This document shows, one piece after another, positions 61,978 to 64,000 of a stretch of 64,000 bases of DNA (position 1 is the first letter of the stretch; each line of letters opens with the position of its first letter). The notes under the pieces are model-generated. The model was not told where the DNA came from, ran no database searches, and saw only the letters and a list, made by a program, of their open reading frames with translations. Origin of the DNA: Piromyces finnis finn (Eukaryota > Fungi > Neocallimastigomycota); the NCBI GenBank assembly GCA_002104945.1, contig MCFH01000030.1, forward strand, positions 62,001 to 126,000, in the 5' to 3' direction. The position numbers and the translations under genes were made by a program.

Positions 61978-62621
61978 TTTAATTAATTCGTTATTTTTTT
62001 ATTATTATTTATATTAAATTATTTATGATTTGAATAAATTTATTAAATATAATATTATTTTTGTTAATATTATATTCCTTAATACTAAAAAAAAAACGCA
62101 AAAGTTTAAAAAAAAAATTATTCATTATATATATAAAACGATATCTATAATTATGATTGGTTAATTTTACATTAAAAGATATCAAAAAAAAAAATACATT
62201 ATAAGAAAATCTAATAAAATAAAAATTAATAAATATATATACTGCTTTTAAACTTTGATTTCAATAATAAAAAATAAAGTTTTCTTTTTCATTATTGTTA
62301 TACAAAAACAAAAATACAAAAAGATAACATTTATTTAAAAAAAAATAAATAAAATAAAAAATCTTAAAAAATCATAGAAAATGAAAATATTGTATAAAAA
62401 TCATTTTCTACTTATTCTTTATTCATGTAGATAAAAGTGGGGAAATTTTAAAAAAATATAAAAATTTAATTAATACAAAACTTACACATACATAAAATAG
62501 AAGTACAATAATCAAAAAAAATTTTGAATAAATTATATTTGTAATTTTAGAATTTATTTATGTTAAAAAATATTATAAAAAATAAATTAAAAAAAATTTT
62601 TTATTTATATAAAAGAAATAA

Positions 62622-62854
62622 TTAACCTTTATCCAAAGGTCTTAATATATAAAAAATAAAAATATTTTAATATCCTTTGTTTTAAATAATATTTAATTTT
62701 ATAAAATTTAAGAGTAAAATATTACCTATTAAAACCTCCTCTTCTATTCATATATTGTCTATATTGTCTTTTTTTCTTTATATTAACTGCACTCACATCA
62801 GTACCTGGGACATGTTTACCCTTTTTTTTAAAATATTTTTTTAAGTATCAATTA

Positions 62855-62901
<47 letters not shown>

Positions 62902-63746
62902 GTTTATTATAAAAATTACTTTTGTGGAGTCAAAGCCTCCAAATCCCATAATGGCCATCATTTGAGATTCTAAGTCTTCATTTTCATTAACTATTTTTGA
63001 AAAAATAATGAATTAAAAAAAAATTCCATATATATAAATTTACTCTTTTTTTTTAAAAAAAAATAAAATAAAAAGCTTACTTTTAACATCTGAAATATTA
63101 ACAACTCTAGAAATAATATTTATTATTATTTAATATACATTAAAAAATATAACTATTATTATTGTTGACTTTAATAATTATTAATTATAATTATTATTAC
63201 TTACTCCTTCTTTTCCTTTTCTTTTTTGATTTTTTTGATATAATATAAATTTTATAAATTAATTAAAATACTATTGTTTATAATATTAATAATTTGAATA
63301 TAAATACATACGATCTCTTGAATCTTAATTTTTTGAAATTTCATTAAATTTTTTAGTAATAACATTTATTAATTTTATATAATAAATATATAAAATATAA
63401 TAAGTATATTTATTAAATAAGGCTTTATTAATTTCATTTAATATTTATATATAGAGAGAGAATGCATACTTGAAGAGCTTCTGCTTCTGCTTCTACTTCT
63501 ACTTCTATGAGAAGAACGATGATGAGAACTTCTATCTCTTGATCTTCTTCTAGAATGTCTATGATGTCTGTCTCTTGAAGATGAACGGGAACGTGAACGA
63601 GAATAAGAACGAGATCTGTGGTATCTACTTCTGCTTCTACTTCTATTTCTTCTATCTCTACTTCTGCTTCTGCTTCTATGTCTTCTTCTTTCATATGAAC
63701 GACTTCTACTACGACTACGACTGCGGCTTCTACTCCTACTAGCCAT
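62622..63746 (-). CDS. SNRNP27: U4/U6.U5 tri-snRNP 27 kDa protein, RS-rich; 7 exons including micro-exons
   Basis: RS/RH-rich exon 1, then spliced [17 protein letters not shown]|[32 protein letters not shown]|PLDKG*, which is the conserved SNRNP27 C-terminal domain. Confidence 0.93.
62856..62900. repeat. (TTA)n microsatellite, intronic in SNRNP27
   Basis: Directly visible. Confidence 0.9.
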
Positions 63747-64000
63747 TTTTCTTTTTCTTTTTTTTTTTTTTTTTTTTTAATTTTTACTTTTTAAAATATA
63801 ATTGATTTATTAATTTATTAAATTTGTTAGAATATACTGAAATGAAAATATATTATTGATGATTTGAAATTTAATAATTGGAGGTTATAAAACAAATAAT
63901 TTCACTAAATATAAAAATATAAAATGATTATTATATAAACCAAGCTAAAGAAAATAAAATTAAAAGAAAAAAAAAAGTTATTCGAATATTAAAATATTTA

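Noticed and set aside
63434-63694. Alternate-frame [16 protein letters not shown] overlapping SNRNP27
   Set aside because: This is the expected frameshifted reading of (AGAAGC/AGAAGT)n Arg-Ser codons.

Overview
Eukaryotic, intron-rich, extremely AT-rich genomic DNA (roughly 80% AT by eye, not computed). The combination of fungal-type housekeeping genes, flagellar genes (IFT139/TTC21B, DRC4/GAS8), short GT-AG introns and long (AAT)n/(TAAA)n tracts points to an anaerobic gut fungus (Neocallimastigomycota); this assignment is inference. I can reconstruct 19 protein-coding genes by hand-splicing: DCC1 (3' part), IFT139, a DUF1295-like membrane protein, PSF1, SmF, an ArfGAP, a C2/Munc13-homology protein, NMNAT, a histidine phosphatase, a UBE3C/Hul5-type HECT E3, RanGAP, an Ipa1/UBE3D-like protein, a CCDC92/74-domain protein, a PPPDE-thioredoxin-PUL fusion, a coiled-coil protein, a WD40 protein, GAS8, an Aco2-type aconitase and SNRNP27. 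I found no tRNA, rRNA, CRISPR array or transposon ORF, and no clear multi-gene novel system. The best leads are the aconitase (Aco2 clade, no mitochondrial-type presequence, CX2CX3CX4C N-terminus), the PPPDE-Trx-PUL fusion, an uncharacterised WD40 protein, a hidden spliced small ORF upstream of SmF, and a strand bias in the long microsatellites. All splice models are manual and unverified by transcript data.
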